Origin: Candidatus Bathyarchaeia archaeon
GTDB lineage: Archaea; Thermoproteota; Bathyarchaeia; Bathyarchaeales; Bathycorpusculaceae
Assembly (NCBI GenBank): GCA_038882955.1
Contig: JAVZNC010000005.1
Location: 60,853-124,852 of the forward strand
Direction: 5' to 3'
DNA: 64,000 nucleotides
Shown here: piece after piece, positions 1 through 9,242 of the stretch
How positions within the stretch are numbered: position 1 is the stretch's first letter
Layout of the letters: the number at the start of each line of letters is the position of its first letter
Notes under the pieces: generated by a model
The model's database searches: none
Told to the model about the DNA's origin: nothing
Seen by the model: only the letters and a program-made list of their open reading frames with translations
Position numbers and translations under genes: made by a program

Positions 1-1834
1 TTGGAAGCGGCAGCGGCTTAAAGGGTTTAGCTCCAACCTCCCTTTCAATTTCCTTTACTAGTTCTTCAAGTTTCATGTTTCGTATTTCTCCAGCTTTTCT
101 GTCCCTAACTGGGAGCGTTTCTGATTGCGCTTCCTTTTGTCCCAAAACGATTATGTACGGAACCCACTCCATTTCGGCTTCGCGAATTCTCTTCTGCAAT
201 GTCATTGCCCTATCATCTATGTCATAGCGTATACAATGTGCCTCCAATTTTTTCCCAAGTTTTTCTGCGTGTTCAAGGTGGCTTGTTGACATTGGGATTA
301 TGCGAACTTGTGTCGGCGAAAGCCAAAGCGGAAGCATTGGCGGTTTGCCGTTTTGTTGGTCTTTGTAGGCTTTTTCGAGCAATGCGTACACGCATCTTTC
401 GATGGCTCCGCTTGGTGAACAATGCAAAATCAGCGGATAACGCCTTTCGCCCTTCTCGTCGACGAATGTTATGTCGTATCTTTTGGCGTTTTCTATGTCG
501 ATTTGGTCTGTTGAAAGGGCTGCAGCCTTGTCTTGGTTATCAACAAAGTTGAAGTCCCATTTTAGTGTGAAGTAGAAGAAGCGTTCCTCCCACATCTCCA
601 CAAGCGCGGGTTTGCCGAAAATTTTCACCAGAGACTCCACAAAATTCCTGTTTTCCTTGTAAAAGTCCTTTGTGAAACGTATTGCCACTTCGTAAGCCTC
701 TTTCGGCAAGCCTATTGCTTCCAAAACTTCTATGCAAAGCTTAAACCTAACAATGAATTCGCTTTTAGCTTGTTCGAGGTCTTTGCAGAAGGCGTGGCAG
801 TCTGGCATTGTGAAGGCTCTTAGGCGTCTTAAGCCCACAACCTCGCCGCTTTTTTCGCGTCTAAAGCTGTAGCGTGTCAGTTCGTAAACTTTTAGGGGCA
901 TATGCCTATAAGAGAACTGTGTGTCATGAACCATGAGGAACTGCCCAAAGCACGCAGCGAAACGCAGGAAAAGCTCTTTGTCTTCCGATTTTAGCAGGTA
1001 CTGTCTTGCTGGAAAACGGTTTATGTAGTCGGCTAGGCTTGGATGTTGAAAATCGTACATTACTGGAGTTTCAACTTCCATGGCGCCGTACTCTATCATT
1101 TTGGCTGTCACAAACTGCTCAAGAAGCGACTTGATTAATCGTCCCTTCGGATACCACCTTATGTTTCCAGGGTCGCTTCCAAACTCGTAATCCGCTATTT
1201 CAAGCCTCTTCATTAAAGGAACATGCGGAGGCATCTGCTGACTTGCCCTAACCTTCGAAACTTCATACTTCATGAACTTTTCAAGGTTTTCATGCCCCTT
1301 AAAATCGAATTCTTCAACTGGAACCATTTTGCCGTCTGGCTGAAGAATATACCAATATGACTTCAGCTTTTCTTCAGCTTTCACTGCTTCGGATACACGT
1401 TCTTCCTTCTCCGCCTTTTCCGCTTCTGGGAGGAAAACACGCGACTGTTCTGCAAGTGGGTGCCCTTTTATCGCAATTGTGAACTGTTTGTTCCAGCCGA
1501 AAGGTGCACGGTAAGTTTCTAAACCCTTTTCTTTCGCGTATGCCTCCATGGCTTTAATTACTTTTAACGCTTCTGAGGGTTTTGCGAGGTTGCTGCTTAA
1601 GTGGGCGTATGGATAAATCAATATGCGGTTCACTTTGAGTTTTTCGAGGAAGGCGTAAACTTCGTCTATTGCCTTTTTCGCTAAGGCGGTGTTGTCGCCC
1701 TCTTCAACCGCCGTGAAAAGAACAACTATTTCTTCTAGGCGTGTTTTCTTCTTTTCTGCCTCTTCAGCCATGGCTATTTCTTTTTGTATTGGCTGAAACT
1801 CGATGAAGTCGGAGTGCAACTGTAATATCCGCAT
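1..1834 (-). CDS. thrS: Threonine--tRNA ligase, archaeal type with N-terminal editing domain (3' end runs off the window)
   Basis: Manual translation from ATG at 1834: MRILQLHSDFIE...YPYAHLSSNLA...RAPFGWNKQF..KGHPLAE; C-terminal region ends ...PFKPLPLP at the window edge. Absent from the ORF track because no stop lies in the window. Confidence 0.95.
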   Translation of the reverse strand, partial: MRILQLHSDFIEFQPIQKEIAMAEEAEKKKTRLEEIVVLFTAVEEGDNTALAKKAIDEVYAFLEKLKVNRILIYPYAHLSSNLAKPSEALKVIKAMEAYAKEKGLETYRAPFGWNKQFTIAIKGHPLAEQSRVFLPEAEKAEKEERVSEAVKAEEKLKSYWYILQPDGKMVPVEEFDFKGHENLEKFMKYEVSKVRASQQMPPHVPLMKRLEIADYEFGSDPGNIRWYPKGRLIKSLLEQFVTAKMIEYGAMEVETPVMYDFQHPSLADYINRFPARQYLLKSEDKELFLRFAACFGQFLMVHDTQFSYRHMPLKVYELTRYSFRREKSGEVVGLRRLRAFTMPDCHAFCKDLEQAKSEFIVRFKLCIEVLEAIGLPKEAYEVAIRFTKDFYKENRNFVESLVKIFGKPALVEMWEERFFYFTLKWDFNFVDNQDKAAALSTDQIDIENAKRYDITFVDEKGERRYPLILHCSPSGAIERCVYALLEKAYKDQQNGKPPMLPLWLSPTQVRIIPMSTSHLEHAEKLGKKLEAHCIRYDIDDRAMTLQKRIREAEMEWVPYIIVLGQKEAQSETLPVRDRKAGEIRNMKLEELVKEIEREVGAKPFKPLPLP

Positions 1835-1851
1835 TTCACAATCACCCTGCT

Positions 1852-2061
1852 TTAGCCCATGTGCCGCCACTTTTCAAGCTGCTTATCCTTCTTTGTACGC
1901 TTTTTATACTCCTTATAATGTTCCTTACAAAGATAAGCGCGTCTACCCTCAGCATTCACATTCAAGCCAGAAGACCTTACCTTATCTAGGGAAAGCGAGC
2001 GAACCGCCTCCTTGCCGCATCCAGAAACGTTGCATTTTACGCCTTTGTCGATACGCCCCAA
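1852..2061 (-). CDS. Small conserved archaeal protein, putative zinc-binding (CNVSGC...LCKEHY)
   Basis: 69 aa ORF co-oriented between pfkB and thrS; Cys/His pattern. Confidence 0.7.
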   Translation of the reverse strand: MGRIDKGVKCNVSGCGKEAVRSLSLDKVRSSGLNVNAEGRRAYLCKEHYKEYKKRTKKDKQLEKWRHMG

Positions 2062-2085
2062 CGCTAGCGTCTCCTTTTCTGAGTA

Positions 2086-3009
2086 CTAATGCAGTTCATT
2101 CTTAATTTCTTTTTCACAGAGTACATGCGCCCTTCTATAAATTTCGGTTGTGCAATCAGCGAAAGTCGGACCAACAGCTTCAACAGCAACTGAAGCCGCT
2201 GCGGAGCCCACGCACGCACACCATAATGCTTCTTTGCCTTTGACGTATTCTGCGAGAAAAGCGCCTATGAAAACGTCTCCAGCGCCCGTTGGGTCAACAA
2301 CCTTCGCTGCGTTGTATGCCGGAATGTTGTATTCTGCTCCTTCAACCGAGAGCAAGGCGCCCTTCATGCCCAAAGTGACTATGACTATTTCTACGCCAAA
2401 ATCATGGACTGCTCTTACAGCTGCGTTAACATCGTTTAGGCTTGTTGCATACATGATTTCTTCAGAAGAAGACTTGTATATGTTAACGTGTTCAAAAATT
2501 TGTTTGTTTGGCAAGTTGCGATAAGCCACATTTCCGTTTTCGTCGAAAGTTCGCAGAAAACCTTGAGGGTCTAAAGATAGGCAATCTGTATGCGCATGGA
2601 GTTTTTTCACAACTTCGTTTTCGATTTCATCTGCAATTGGCGCTATGTGTATTGCCTTTGCCCTCAAAGAGTTTGGTACATCGCCAACAGTTATTTGTGG
2701 GGCTTTATTTGCAAGGCGCAAACCCCTACTTGATAGGTCTTGGCTGTAATTTAATTCGAAACGTGTTGTAAACGCGTCTTCAATTTTATACACGCCAGAA
2801 AGGTTTATGCCCTCTTGCCTAAGCCACCACATATAGGCTTCTGGAAAGTCGCCGCCAACCTTAGATATGACAGAAACGTTTGCGCCTAAACGTTGGGCTG
2901 AAAGCGCTACATAAGCCACTGAACCGCCCAAAATGATGTATGGCTTTTGATTTGATGGGAGAAGGATGGAGTCTATTGAGAATTGTCCGACTGCTGCTAC
3001 ATCAGCCAA
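2086..3009 (-). CDS. PfkB/ribokinase family carbohydrate or nucleoside kinase
   Basis: GGSVAY N-terminal motif, VTLGMKG and DPTGAGDVF PfkB signature. Confidence 0.92.
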   Translation of the reverse strand: MADVAAVGQFSIDSILLPSNQKPYIILGGSVAYVALSAQRLGANVSVISKVGGDFPEAYMWWLRQEGINLSGVYKIEDAFTTRFELNYSQDLSSRGLRLANKAPQITVGDVPNSLRAKAIHIAPIADEIENEVVKKLHAHTDCLSLDPQGFLRTFDENGNVAYRNLPNKQIFEHVNIYKSSSEEIMYATSLNDVNAAVRAVHDFGVEIVIVTLGMKGALLSVEGAEYNIPAYNAAKVVDPTGAGDVFIGAFLAEYVKGKEALWCACVGSAAASVAVEAVGPTFADCTTEIYRRAHVLCEKEIKNELH

Positions 3010-3093
3010 CGTTGGTGAATTGCCTCCAAATAGGTTAGTATACAGACGAAACGAATATAACTTTAATTTGTAAACATGAACAAGACAGCCTAG

Positions 3094-3444
3094 CTAGATT
3101 TTTGATTGAAGTAAGAGAATTGCCTTTGCTAGATCGCCTCCACACTCTTCTAGGGCTTTTCTTGCTTCTTCAAGGCTTTTTCCAGTTTGGTCCGCCACAA
3201 GCCGTGCATCCTCGTCTGGAATCGCCAATTTACGCTCAAGAGCCTTTTCCGTTACTTTTCCGCCAGTTATTTGGAAAATTTTTTGTCCTTGCATGTCCAG
3301 TATGGCTACTTCTGGCTCTTGAATAGTTATTTCCTTAGCGCTTGTTTTGATTATTACTTGTTCAACGTCTGGTATTGCGTCCATGTTTAAGCCCATGCGC
3401 TGCATCATGCGCCTCGCTTCTCTGGGGCTTATACGTCTATGCAT
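3094..3444 (-). CDS. nac: Nascent polypeptide-associated complex protein (archaeal NAC)
   Basis: Start moved to ATG 3444 (MHRRISPREARRMMQRMGL); NAC domain plus C-terminal UBA-like EDARLVADQTGKSLEEARKALEECGGDLAKAI. Confidence 0.92.
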   Translation of the reverse strand: MHRRISPREARRMMQRMGLNMDAIPDVEQVIIKTSAKEITIQEPEVAILDMQGQKIFQITGGKVTEKALERKLAIPDEDARLVADQTGKSLEEARKALEECGGDLAKAILLLQSKI

Positions 3445-3493
3445 AACCTTTCCCTTCCACCATACTTCACTATTTGATAGGCGCTTCAAATAC

Positions 3494-3964
3494 TTAACTT
3501 TCTTCCAAGCATCCACGCCTAACCTTAACGGCGACGCCGCACTTGAAGGCGCGCATCTCCGCGCCGGACAATACGGCTTTACCAACAGCCAAAACATTTC
3601 CACGCTCATCCAAAATAATAACCTCGTCCTTTGGGCGAATGGCATCATCAGCCTTAACAACGTGCGCGGCGAAAACGTCTCCGCCATCAGCAATAAAACT
3701 TGAAACATCATCGCGAACAAAAACTAGGCATTTTGCTTGGCAAGCGCCTTCGATGATTCTTTTTGCGCCAGCAATGCTTAAGGAAAACAGTCCATCAGTT
3801 GGGCGCAGGGTTGCAAGCCTTTTGCCTCCTAAATAGACATAGCGGATTCTGCCAGTGCGCTTTGAATAAGCGACTTCCACGTTTTCTGGAAAAAGTTCTG
3901 CGCCTACGCCCTTTCCAAACTGGTAGTCTGCCACGCTTCTAATCCTTTTAAGGTCTTCTTTCAC
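3494..3964 (-). CDS. Stand-alone PUA-domain protein resembling the C-terminal part of archaeosine tRNA-guanine transglycosylase
   Basis: ADYQFGKG, SKRTGRIR, GGDVFAAHV, IRPKDEV, GVAVKVRRG motifs. Confidence 0.85.
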   Translation of the reverse strand: MKEDLKRIRSVADYQFGKGVGAELFPENVEVAYSKRTGRIRYVYLGGKRLATLRPTDGLFSLSIAGAKRIIEGACQAKCLVFVRDDVSSFIADGGDVFAAHVVKADDAIRPKDEVIILDERGNVLAVGKAVLSGAEMRAFKCGVAVKVRRGCLEES

Positions 3965-4045
3965 GCTTTATGCACTCCAACCGCCTTTACAATTCGACAA
4001 CTATAAACACTAGCAGTAAAATAAAAACAGTAGGTGCGTGAACAC

Positions 4046-4603
4046 GTGCGGTGCGAAGTCTGCGGACGCAAAATCCACGGAAAACCATACAACGTCATAA
4101 TTGAAGGCGCAAAACTGACAGTGTGCAGCGAATGCTCAAAACATGGAAAGCTAATTTTGGAAGAAGAAAAGCCGAAGGCGCCCATGCAAAAGATAATGCC
4201 CACAACGCCTAAAACAGCCACAACATTAAAAATGCAACAGAAAAGACCGCAAGAGACAAAGTTAGCTTCATTCGAACTTATTGAAGATTTCAACGTGAAA
4301 ATAAAGCAGGCAAGAGAAAAACTTGGATTGTCCCACAAGGATTTAGGCAAAAAATTGAACGAGAAAGTTTCTGTTTTAAGGAAAATCGAAACAGGCAAGA
4401 TGACTCCAGACGACATTCTCGCAAAAAAGCTGGAGCATGAGTTGAAAATTAAGCTGCTTGTTCCAGTTGCTGAAGAAACTGTTTCTCAAGCGAAAATTCC
4501 GAAACTGGAAAAGCGTGAACTAACATTGGGCGACATTATCCAACTTGGCAAAAAAGAGAAAGATGCGGAGAAGGGGGAAACTTCCGAACGAAAGCAATCA
4601 TAG
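4046..4603 (+). CDS. mbf1: Archaeal multiprotein bridging factor aMBF1 (Zn ribbon + HTH)
   Basis: CEVCG...VCSEC Zn ribbon, HTH IKQAREKLGLSHKDLGKKLNEK, LTLGD motif; GTG 4046 follows an AGGTG SD-like element. Confidence 0.93.
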   Translation: MRCEVCGRKIHGKPYNVIIEGAKLTVCSECSKHGKLILEEEKPKAPMQKIMPTTPKTATTLKMQQKRPQETKLASFELIEDFNVKIKQAREKLGLSHKDLGKKLNEKVSVLRKIETGKMTPDDILAKKLEHELKIKLLVPVAEETVSQAKIPKLEKRELTLGDIIQLGKKEKDAEKGETSERKQS

Positions 4604-5850
4604 TTCAACGCAGACGCCCAAATGAACCGTCAAGTCTAGAAGAACTCAAAAGCCTAGCAGAATCAGCGGGATACACCGTAGTCGGAAAAATTGAGCAAAT
4701 TAGGGAACCAGACTCGCGCTATCAAATAGGCGCTGGAAAAGTTAAGGAACTCGCCGAACTCGTAAAGGAAACCGGCGCCCAAAAAATAATTTTTGACAAC
4801 CAATTAAAGCCAGTGCAAGCATACAACATTGCAAAGGCAACGGGCGTCGAAGCCATAGACAGGTTTCAGCTAATCCTTGAAATTTTCACGAGAAGAGCCA
4901 CAACAACAGAAGCGAAACTGCAGATTCAATTGGCAAAACTGCAATACGAACTTGCACATGCAAAAGAGAGAGTAAGACTTGCAAAGATGGGAGAGCAGCC
5001 TGGCTTTATGGGACTTGGAGCCTACGAAGTTGACGTTTACTATGAGGCTGTTAAGAGGCAAGTTCACGCCATAAGGCGGAAGCTCAAGAAAATCCGTGGG
5101 AAAAGGCAATTGCACCGCGAAAGAAGAGCGGAACTTGGTTTTTCATCAATTTCTTTGGCTGGATACACAAACGCTGGAAAAAGCTCACTTTTTAACGCGC
5201 TAACAGAGGAGGATGTGCCAGTTGATACTGCACTGTTTACGACGCTGTCAACAACAACGCGGCTCGTGAAAATTGCTAGAAAAAAATTCTTGTTAACGGA
5301 TACCGTTGGCTTCATAGACCGCTTGTCACTGACGCTTATAGAGGCTTTCCATTCAACACTTGAAGAAACCATTTACGCAGACTTAATACTGCTTGTCGTT
5401 GACGTAAGCGAGCCAGTAAGCATGGTTGAAAAGAAGCTTAACGTGTGCCTAGAAACAATAGAACGCATAGGAGCGTCGGGAATTCCGCTAATTACTGCTT
5501 TAAACAAAATAGACCTTCTGCAAGAGGAAGAAATTAACTTGAGGCTGGAGGCAATAAAGGATAAGGCGCCAAACCCTATACCAACATCTGCGCTGCGTGG
5601 AACAAACATTGAACTGCTAAAACAGGCGATTATTAAGCAAATGCAGAACTACGTTAAAATGTCGTTCACAATACCATCAACAAACGAAACAATGCAGTTC
5701 ATATCATGGCTTTTCCAAAGAGCAGACGTGCAACACATAGAATATAATGGTGACTCAGCCCACATCATCTTAGAGGCAAACCCAAGCTTCGCGGAAAAAG
5801 TTAAAAATCAAGTGGAAAACTTTAATGGAAAAATCGAAAGAATCCGCTAG
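4588..5850 (+). CDS. hflX: GTPase HflX; start non-canonical (ACG 4588 proposed, ATA 4600 possible)
   Basis: GYTNAGKS, FTTL, DTVGF, NKID motifs. The frame is open from the stop at 4516-4518 and encodes the HflX N-terminus (KAIIVQRR...LEELKSLAESAGY...YQIGAGKVKEL...IIFDNQLKP) 75 codons before the first GTG at 4813. Confidence 0.93.
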   Translation, partial: TKAIIVQRRRPNEPSSLEELKSLAESAGYTVVGKIEQIREPDSRYQIGAGKVKELAELVKETGAQKIIFDNQLKPVQAYNIAKATGVEAIDRFQLILEIFTRRATTTEAKLQIQLAKLQYELAHAKERVRLAKMGEQPGFMGLGAYEVDVYYEAVKRQVHAIRRKLKKIRGKRQLHRERRAELGFSSISLAGYTNAGKSSLFNALTEEDVPVDTALFTTLSTTTRLVKIARKKFLLTDTVGFIDRLSLTLIEAFHSTLEETIYADLILLVVDVSEPVSMVEKKLNVCLETIERIGASGIPLITALNKIDLLQEEEINLRLEAIKDKAPNPIPTSALRGTNIELLKQAIIKQMQNYVKMSFTIPSTNETMQFISWLFQRADVQHIEYNGDSAHIILEANPSFAEKVKNQVENFNGKIERIR

Positions 5851-5860
5851 TGAAGATGCA

Positions 5861-6442
5861 ATGCCAAAAGTTTTCGTTTTAAGATGGGGACACAGACCAA
5901 AAAGAGACGCAAGACTCACAACCCACGTGGCGCTCACAGCCCGAGCACTAGGCGCAGATGGCTTCATACTATCAGACGTAGAAGACCAGAAAATCGCTGA
6001 AACAGTCAAAAAAGTTGTGGAAAACTGGGGTGGTCCATTCCATTTTGAAATGGGAACTCCGTGGCGAAAAGCCGTTGAAGAATGGAGGGCTAAAGGCGGA
6101 ACAGTGGTGCACTTAACAGCCTACGGTGAAAACATCCAAACAGGTGACGTGCTGCAAAGAATCAAAAACTCTGAAAAAGACATTCTGATAATCGTTGGAA
6201 GCCAAAAAGTTCCAGGCGAATTTTTCTCCAAAAAAGTTTCAGACTTCAACGTCGCCATAGGTAATCAACCGCACTCCGAATGCGCCAGCCTAGCCATTTT
6301 CCTCGACAGATTATTTGAAGGAAAAACATTGACTAAAAGTTTTGAAAACGCGAAGGTGCGAATAATCCCTCAAAAACGCGGGAAAAAAGTTTTGAGAGGC
6401 AACATAAAATCTGATTCCGATTCACAAAGAAATTTAAATTAA
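5861..6442 (+). CDS. trm56: tRNA (cytidine(56)-2'-O)-methyltransferase (SPOUT)
   Basis: LRWGHRPKRDARLTTHVALTARALGA, VHLTAYG, VGSQKVP, IGNQPHSE motifs. Confidence 0.95.
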   Translation: MPKVFVLRWGHRPKRDARLTTHVALTARALGADGFILSDVEDQKIAETVKKVVENWGGPFHFEMGTPWRKAVEEWRAKGGTVVHLTAYGENIQTGDVLQRIKNSEKDILIIVGSQKVPGEFFSKKVSDFNVAIGNQPHSECASLAIFLDRLFEGKTLTKSFENAKVRIIPQKRGKKVLRGNIKSDSDSQRNLN

Positions 6443-6445
6443 AGC

Positions 6446-6466
6446 TTTACAATATATATTATAAAA
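6446..6466 (+). promoter_or_regulatory. Putative TATA-box region upstream of tfe
   Basis: TTTACAATATATATTATAAAA about 40-55 nt before the tfe ATG; position and AT content only. Confidence 0.4.
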
Positions 6467-6503
6467 GAAGCATTTGTTCAACAATTAGGCAGAAGCGATT
6501 GTC

Positions 6504-7013
6504 ATGTCAGCAATAAACGAAGCCACACTAATAAAAGTTGCACAAGCGCTGGGCGAAGAGGAAGCCGTTAAACTAATCGAAATATTAAAGAATTCAGACG
6601 AAATAACGGACGACGAAATAGCCAACAAGACAGGAATAAGGCTAAACACTGTGCGCAAAATACTCTACAAGCTTTATGACCATTCACTTGTAAGCCTAAG
6701 GAGAACACGCGACCCAAAAACCGGATGGTTCATATTCCACTGGAAACTCCAGCCAAACCAGCTTGAAGGCTTTATACTGAGCCAAAAACGTCGTGTGCTG
6801 GAAAAATTGAACATAAGGCTGGAGTACGAGAAGAATCATGACTTCTACTATTGTTCAACAGTGGGATGCAGAAGAATACCGTTTGAAGAAGCTGTCGAGC
6901 TTGTTTTTCGCTGTCCAACATGTGGAAAACCGTTGATGTACTATGACAACGATAAAATAGTTGACGCCTTAACGAGGAAAGTTGAGCAGTTAAGGAAGGA
7001 ACTTGGTGAGTGA
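6504..7013 (+). CDS. tfe: Transcription factor E (TFE alpha)
   Basis: Winged helix TDDEIANKTGIRLNTVRKILYKL, TGWFIFHW, Zn ribbon YYC...FRCPTCG. Confidence 0.95.
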   Translation: MSAINEATLIKVAQALGEEEAVKLIEILKNSDEITDDEIANKTGIRLNTVRKILYKLYDHSLVSLRRTRDPKTGWFIFHWKLQPNQLEGFILSQKRRVLEKLNIRLEYEKNHDFYYCSTVGCRRIPFEEAVELVFRCPTCGKPLMYYDNDKIVDALTRKVEQLRKELGE

Positions 7014-7545
7014 AAAACTCCCGTCAAGAGAAGAGGCAATACAACTTCTCATCCAAGCTGGATGCTCAAACAAAGTTATAAGACACTGCGAGGCAGTGGC
7101 TGAACTAGCCCTGGAAATCGCAAAAACATGCAGAGAAAAAGGGTTAAACGTTGACCTTAATCTAGTGGAAATCGGCGCTTTACTTCATGATATTGGAAGA
7201 GCAAAAACCCACAGCGTCCACCACGCAGTAATAGGCGCAGAAATCGCAAAAGCGATGTCCCTTCCAGAACCAATAATAGCAATAATTAAGAGGCATGTGG
7301 GCGGTGGAATAACACCAAAAGAAGCGGAAAAACTCGGATGGCCAAAGGACATTTATGTTCCAAAAACTCTGGAAGAAAAAATTGTTGCCTACAGCGACAA
7401 ATTAATTGAGGGAGCCCAAAGGGTGCCAATAGAAAAAACCATAGAAAGTTTTTCGAAAAAATTGCCTAAAGCAGCTGTTATGCGTATACTAAAGTTGCAT
7501 GAGGAAATGACGCGTTTAATAGGCGACTGCAAGTGCCCACAATAA
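7003..7545 (+). CDS. HD-domain phosphohydrolase (TIGR00295-like)
   Basis: RHC..V, GALLHDIGR, HAVIGAEI, RHVGGG, EEKIVAYSDK. Confidence 0.9.
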   Translation: MVSEKLPSREEAIQLLIQAGCSNKVIRHCEAVAELALEIAKTCREKGLNVDLNLVEIGALLHDIGRAKTHSVHHAVIGAEIAKAMSLPEPIIAIIKRHVGGGITPKEAEKLGWPKDIYVPKTLEEKIVAYSDKLIEGAQRVPIEKTIESFSKKLPKAAVMRILKLHEEMTRLIGDCKCPQ

Positions 7546-8309
7546 CCCTAACCATAAAAACCTACAACAAAAGCCACCTCGAAGTTGTGGATGAATTCTT
7601 AAAACTAAAACTTAAGGGGTTAAATGTCAAAGTTCAAGTTTGTGGAACACGGAACAGCTGGGTTCAAGCATCAATTTCGGGCGAAGACGAAAACGTAGCC
7701 TTACGCTACATAAGCGAAGAAATAGGCGTATGCCCAAGCACCATCGAAGAAATCAGACGGTTTTCGACGCTAAAAGGATACATAGCAGCATTAAACAAAG
7801 ACCAAATAGTAATTGACATAGGAGTTTTTTTCCCACAAAAAACGGAAGCCACATTAACGCTTCAGCATCTACAGGCGCAATTGACTGATGGAAGAAAACT
7901 GGCACTTGCGAAACTGGCTGAACTGTATGGTTTTTGTGAGAACCTCCCATTAACAGTTAAAGCCCTAAACATAAAAGTGGAAGAGGGCATTGTAGAAACA
8001 ATATTTTCGGAAAGGCAGCTCAAAATTTATAAAGATTGGCTGAAATCGCTTCTTGACAGGCTGATAGTTCTTGGGGCAACGCGCGAAGAAATAATGTCCA
8101 GTTTAAAGATTGCACGGTGCCTACGAGACACGGTTGATGTTGAATCCTTGGGGCTTTTTGAAAACGCCGTAGCATGTAAGCTTGGGACGGATGCTGCTGG
8201 GCTGATTCCAAAAATTGGCAGACAACTTAATGCTGCAATCACGGTTTTTAGTCCAAGGAAGATTTTGGAATTTTTTGGGGAAAATATGCTGCTGGAAAAA
8301 TGGACATAA
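7533..8309 (+). CDS. DUF2110 family archaeal protein
   Basis: GEDENVA, LDRLIV, LGLFE...CKLGTDAAGLIPKIG; usual neighbour of tfe and the HD gene. Confidence 0.75.
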   Translation: MPTITLTIKTYNKSHLEVVDEFLKLKLKGLNVKVQVCGTRNSWVQASISGEDENVALRYISEEIGVCPSTIEEIRRFSTLKGYIAALNKDQIVIDIGVFFPQKTEATLTLQHLQAQLTDGRKLALAKLAELYGFCENLPLTVKALNIKVEEGIVETIFSERQLKIYKDWLKSLLDRLIVLGATREEIMSSLKIARCLRDTVDVESLGLFENAVACKLGTDAAGLIPKIGRQLNAAITVFSPRKILEFFGENMLLEKWT

Positions 8310-8315
8310 AGCAAT

Positions 8316-9158
8316 TTAACTTTGAAATCCCGTTAGCATTTCATGTATGGCTTTTCCAATGATTTCGCCGTTGTAGCCGCCTTCCAAAACAAAGAACGTG
8401 GGCTTCATTAAACCTTTGATGAGTTTGCCGATTTCTCTGTAAGCCTTTTCAGTTAAGCCAAGCGATGCAAGGTCTCCAGCATAAGCGTCAAAACCAGCTG
8501 AAACCGCAACCACCTCAAACTTGTTCGCATCAACTTTCCGCATGGCTTTAGCCAACGTTTCCAAGTAAACCTTTTCTCCGCAATCAGCTTGCAAAGGAAA
8601 GTTTAGGCAGTTGCCCTCAGAAAAGCTTCCAGTGCCAGGATAATGGGGGTATCTGTGGAGAGAAATGTACATCACATTTTTGTCTCCTTGGAAGATTTCT
8701 TGTGTTCCGTTTCCATGATGCCCGTCAATATCCAAGATTAAAGCTGGCTTGTCTAAGTTCTTGACGGCTATGGCTATATTGTTTAGGTAGCAGAAACCCC
8801 GTGTATAGGCGCCTAATGCCCTTCCGCTTTTTCCAGCGTGATGCCCAGGCGGTCTCATAAGCGAAAATCCATTAACTTTTGCTGCTAATATTGCGCCGCC
8901 AGCCGCAAGTCTCGCGTACTCGTAAATGTTTTCGTAGGCTGGTGTGTCCGCATCCTCGATGAATCCTTTTTTCAAGTTCCAAACGTATTCTGCGTCATGA
9001 ACTTTAAGGATTTCTTCTTCGGATGCTGGCTCGGGTTCTAGGAACGTGTAGCCTTTTGCTTTTAGAATTTCATAGGCTTTTCTAACTCTTTCTGGACTTT
9101 CGATATGCCAAGACCCGTAGCCGAGGCACTTTTCTGAAAAGATTATTTTTGTTTCCAT
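8316..9158 (-). CDS. Histone deacetylase / acetylpolyamine amidohydrolase family protein (compact, 280 aa)
   Basis: HIESPER, RPPGHHA, GFCYLNN, DIDGHHGNGTQ, SAGFD, LEGGY. Confidence 0.93.
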   Translation of the reverse strand: METKIIFSEKCLGYGSWHIESPERVRKAYEILKAKGYTFLEPEPASEEEILKVHDAEYVWNLKKGFIEDADTPAYENIYEYARLAAGGAILAAKVNGFSLMRPPGHHAGKSGRALGAYTRGFCYLNNIAIAVKNLDKPALILDIDGHHGNGTQEIFQGDKNVMYISLHRYPHYPGTGSFSEGNCLNFPLQADCGEKVYLETLAKAMRKVDANKFEVVAVSAGFDAYAGDLASLGLTEKAYREIGKLIKGLMKPTFFVLEGGYNGEIIGKAIHEMLTGFQS

Positions 9159-9242
9159 TTAACCGCGCCTACGTTGTGGTGTGCTGTTGCAAATTAAAAT
9201 ATAACCTCAACCCTAAAAGGTTTAAGAAAAGCCCTATAGCAA

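Noticed and set aside
199-2524. ORF-track entries 199-552, 540-737, 1803-2105 and 2150-2524
   Set aside because: They are antisense or alternate-frame shadows of thrS, the small Zn protein and pfkB, with no recognisable motifs. The same applies to most short overlapping ORFs across the window.
3445-3720. 92-codon N-terminal extension of the NAC ORF
   Set aside because: It overlaps the PUA gene in another frame and is not protein-like; NAC similarity begins at ATG 3444.
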